64,000 nt of DNA from an uncultured Chloroflexia bacterium (GTDB lineage: Bacteria > Chloroflexota > Anaerolineae > B4-G1 > SLSP01), in contig CAVVUS010000049.1 in assembly GCA_963751345.1 (NCBI GenBank), positions 1 through 64,000 on the forward strand, read 5' to 3'. Positions 62,537 through 64,000 of the stretch are shown here, in pieces. The position numbers were made by a program, and so were the translations under genes. The notes under the pieces are model-generated. The model was not told the DNA's origin and made no database searches. It saw only the letters and a program-made list of their open reading frames with translations. Within the stretch, counting starts at the first letter, position 1, and the number at the start of each line of letters is the position of its first letter.

Positions 62537-64000
62537 TCAGCTCTCCGCGAGGATCCGGTCGACGATCGGCTGCCGGTACTCGCGCGACAGCGAGTTGAAA
62601 TAGGCGCTGTAGCCCGTGACCCTGATCATCAGATCGGGATGGGTGGATGGGTCCTCGTGGGCTTCCACGACCTTCTCCTTGGAGATCACGTTCATGTTGA
62701 TGAGCGTGCCGCCCTGGCGGTTGTGCGCCATGATAAAGGCCATCACCGCGTCGACACCGCCCATGCTCTTGACCAGTTTGTCATCCAGCTCCACTTGCAG
62801 TGGGGTGGTGTTTCCCCATCCCGACTGCGTGGCTGCCACAGCGTTGGCCTTGGCCGTAAGTGCCACCGCACCTCCGGGCAAGAAGCCCGGATCGGGGTCG
62901 GCGCTGTGCGACACAGGCGTGAAGGCGTGGCGTCCATTAGGCGTCGCGCCAAGCCGCCTGCCGTAGGTATTCGTGTTCCCGTGTGAGAAGAGGCCCGGGA
63001 CGCAGATGTAGTGTCCCTTTGGCGTGGGGGTGTCCCGCACCAGGTGCGTCCAGAGGTCGGCGATCCGCTCAGCCCACCAGTCGGCGCGCGAGCCGCCGCT
63101 GCCGTACCGTGGGATGTTGTGGAGCATCAGCCGGACGGCCTCCGCACCCTCGAAATCGTTCTCCAGGTGCTGCATCAGGGCTTCCCAACTCAGCCGCTTC
63201 TCCTCTACGACGCGCTGCTCGATCGCCGCGAAGGAGTCGGCTACCGTGGCAAGTCCGATGGCGTCGAAGGCCAGGTCGATGATGTCCAGTCCACCTGCGG
63301 AGGCATCGAGCCCGCGTTCCACAGGGCCGTGGCAGAAGAGGTTGAGCACGATCTCGGTGTAGTTGTCGGCCTGGCGCTCCATATGGATGTCCTTGCCGAC
63401 CTTGACCGCCTGGACGACGATGCTGAGGTGCTCGGCATAGCGGCGCCAGACCTCGTCCATCGTCCTATGGGCCTTCTCGTCCGCCATCATGTCGTCGAGG
63501 GCCAGCAGGAGAGGGGTGATCAGGCAGAGACGCGTGCCATCCTGGATGCTGTACTCGAAACCCGGTAGTGCCGTCCAGTTGCAGCCGACCTTGGCGCGCA
63601 TGCGGGCCAGCCCGATCGGGTAACCGTTCTTGGCAAAGCCCTCATCCAGCCCGCCGGAGAGCGCAAAGTCGACGCCTGTGCCATCCTCGATCATGTACTC
63701 CAGCGCTTGCCGGAGCAGGCTCTGGTCCATGCCCTCCCAAACACGCAGAGCGATGTTGGTGGGGATCTTGATGCGGTGCATCGCCTCCAGGATCAGGAAC
63801 GACATCTCGCTCGTCAGGTCGTGCCCGTCAGCGGCTTGCCCGCCGATCTGCGAGTAGTGCGGATCGTTGAAGAACATGCTGGCGATATGCCAGACAATCG
63901 ACTCGTCGGTCTCGCGACCGGCGGCGATATCGGCCTCGTAGTAGGGGCGCAGCAGCTCGTCAAGCTGACCCAGTGCGCCGCCCAGCGCCCACATACGATC
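62537..64000 (-). CDS. Glycyl-radical enzyme (PFL superfamily), 5' truncated by window edge
   Basis: C-terminal LMIRVTGYSAYF glycyl loop, ATPNGR, GLATVADS, Cys loop KVGCNW. Confidence 0.9.
   Translation of the reverse strand, partial: DRMWALGGALGQLDELLRPYYEADIAAGRETDESIVWHIASMFFNDPHYSQIGGQAADGHDLTSEMSFLILEAMHRIKIPTNIALRVWEGMDQSLLRQALEYMIEDGTGVDFALSGGLDEGFAKNGYPIGLARMRAKVGCNWTALPGFEYSIQDGTRLCLITPLLLALDDMMADEKAHRTMDEVWRRYAEHLSIVVQAVKVGKDIHMERQADNYTEIVLNLFCHGPVERGLDASAGGLDIIDLAFDAIGLATVADSFAAIEQRVVEEKRLSWEALMQHLENDFEGAEAVRLMLHNIPRYGSGGSRADWWAERIADLWTHLVRDTPTPKGHYICVPGLFSHGNTNTYGRRLGATPNGRHAFTPVSHSADPDPGFLPGGAVALTAKANAVAATQSGWGNTTPLQVELDDKLVKSMGGVDAVMAFIMAHNRQGGTLINMNVISKEKVVEAHEDPSTHPDLMIRVTGYSAYFNSLSREYRQPIVDRILAES

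Overview
High-GC bacterial window, most like Chloroflexota/Anaerolineae (inferred from gene content and repeat style). Many genes carry single-base frameshifts that look like long-read consensus errors. There are four blocks. (1) 1-13968: + strand sugar-catabolism cluster (three Gfo/Idh/MocA oxidoreductases, two TIM-barrel isomerases, GH172/DUF2961, L-arabinose/fucose isomerase-like, sulfatase, GH51, FAD oxidoreductase, UlaG-like MBL). (2) 14020-33596: an L,D-transpeptidase, a long - strand catabolic operon divergent from a LacI gene with a clear sigma70 promoter and tandem operator, a GH29 gene and an NDP-sugar trio. (3) 33718-60418: a ~27 kb phospho-threonine signalling locus and the most unusual part of the window. 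It has three receptor Ser/Thr kinases (two near-identical in the kinase domain but with different sensor domains), a pseudokinase-PP2C fusion, five FHA domains, six zinc-ribbon proteins, an FHA-FHA-ABC exporter, a VWA-FHA membrane protein, a membrane subtilase and a stand-alone lipoprotein copy of that subtilase's prodomain. (4) 60435-64000: polyol dehydrogenase, glycyl-radical activase and a partial glycyl-radical enzyme. At least seven families of REP/MITE-like palindromes are scattered through the window, several inside coding sequences and some nested. No rRNA, tRNA, CRISPR array or transposase was seen.
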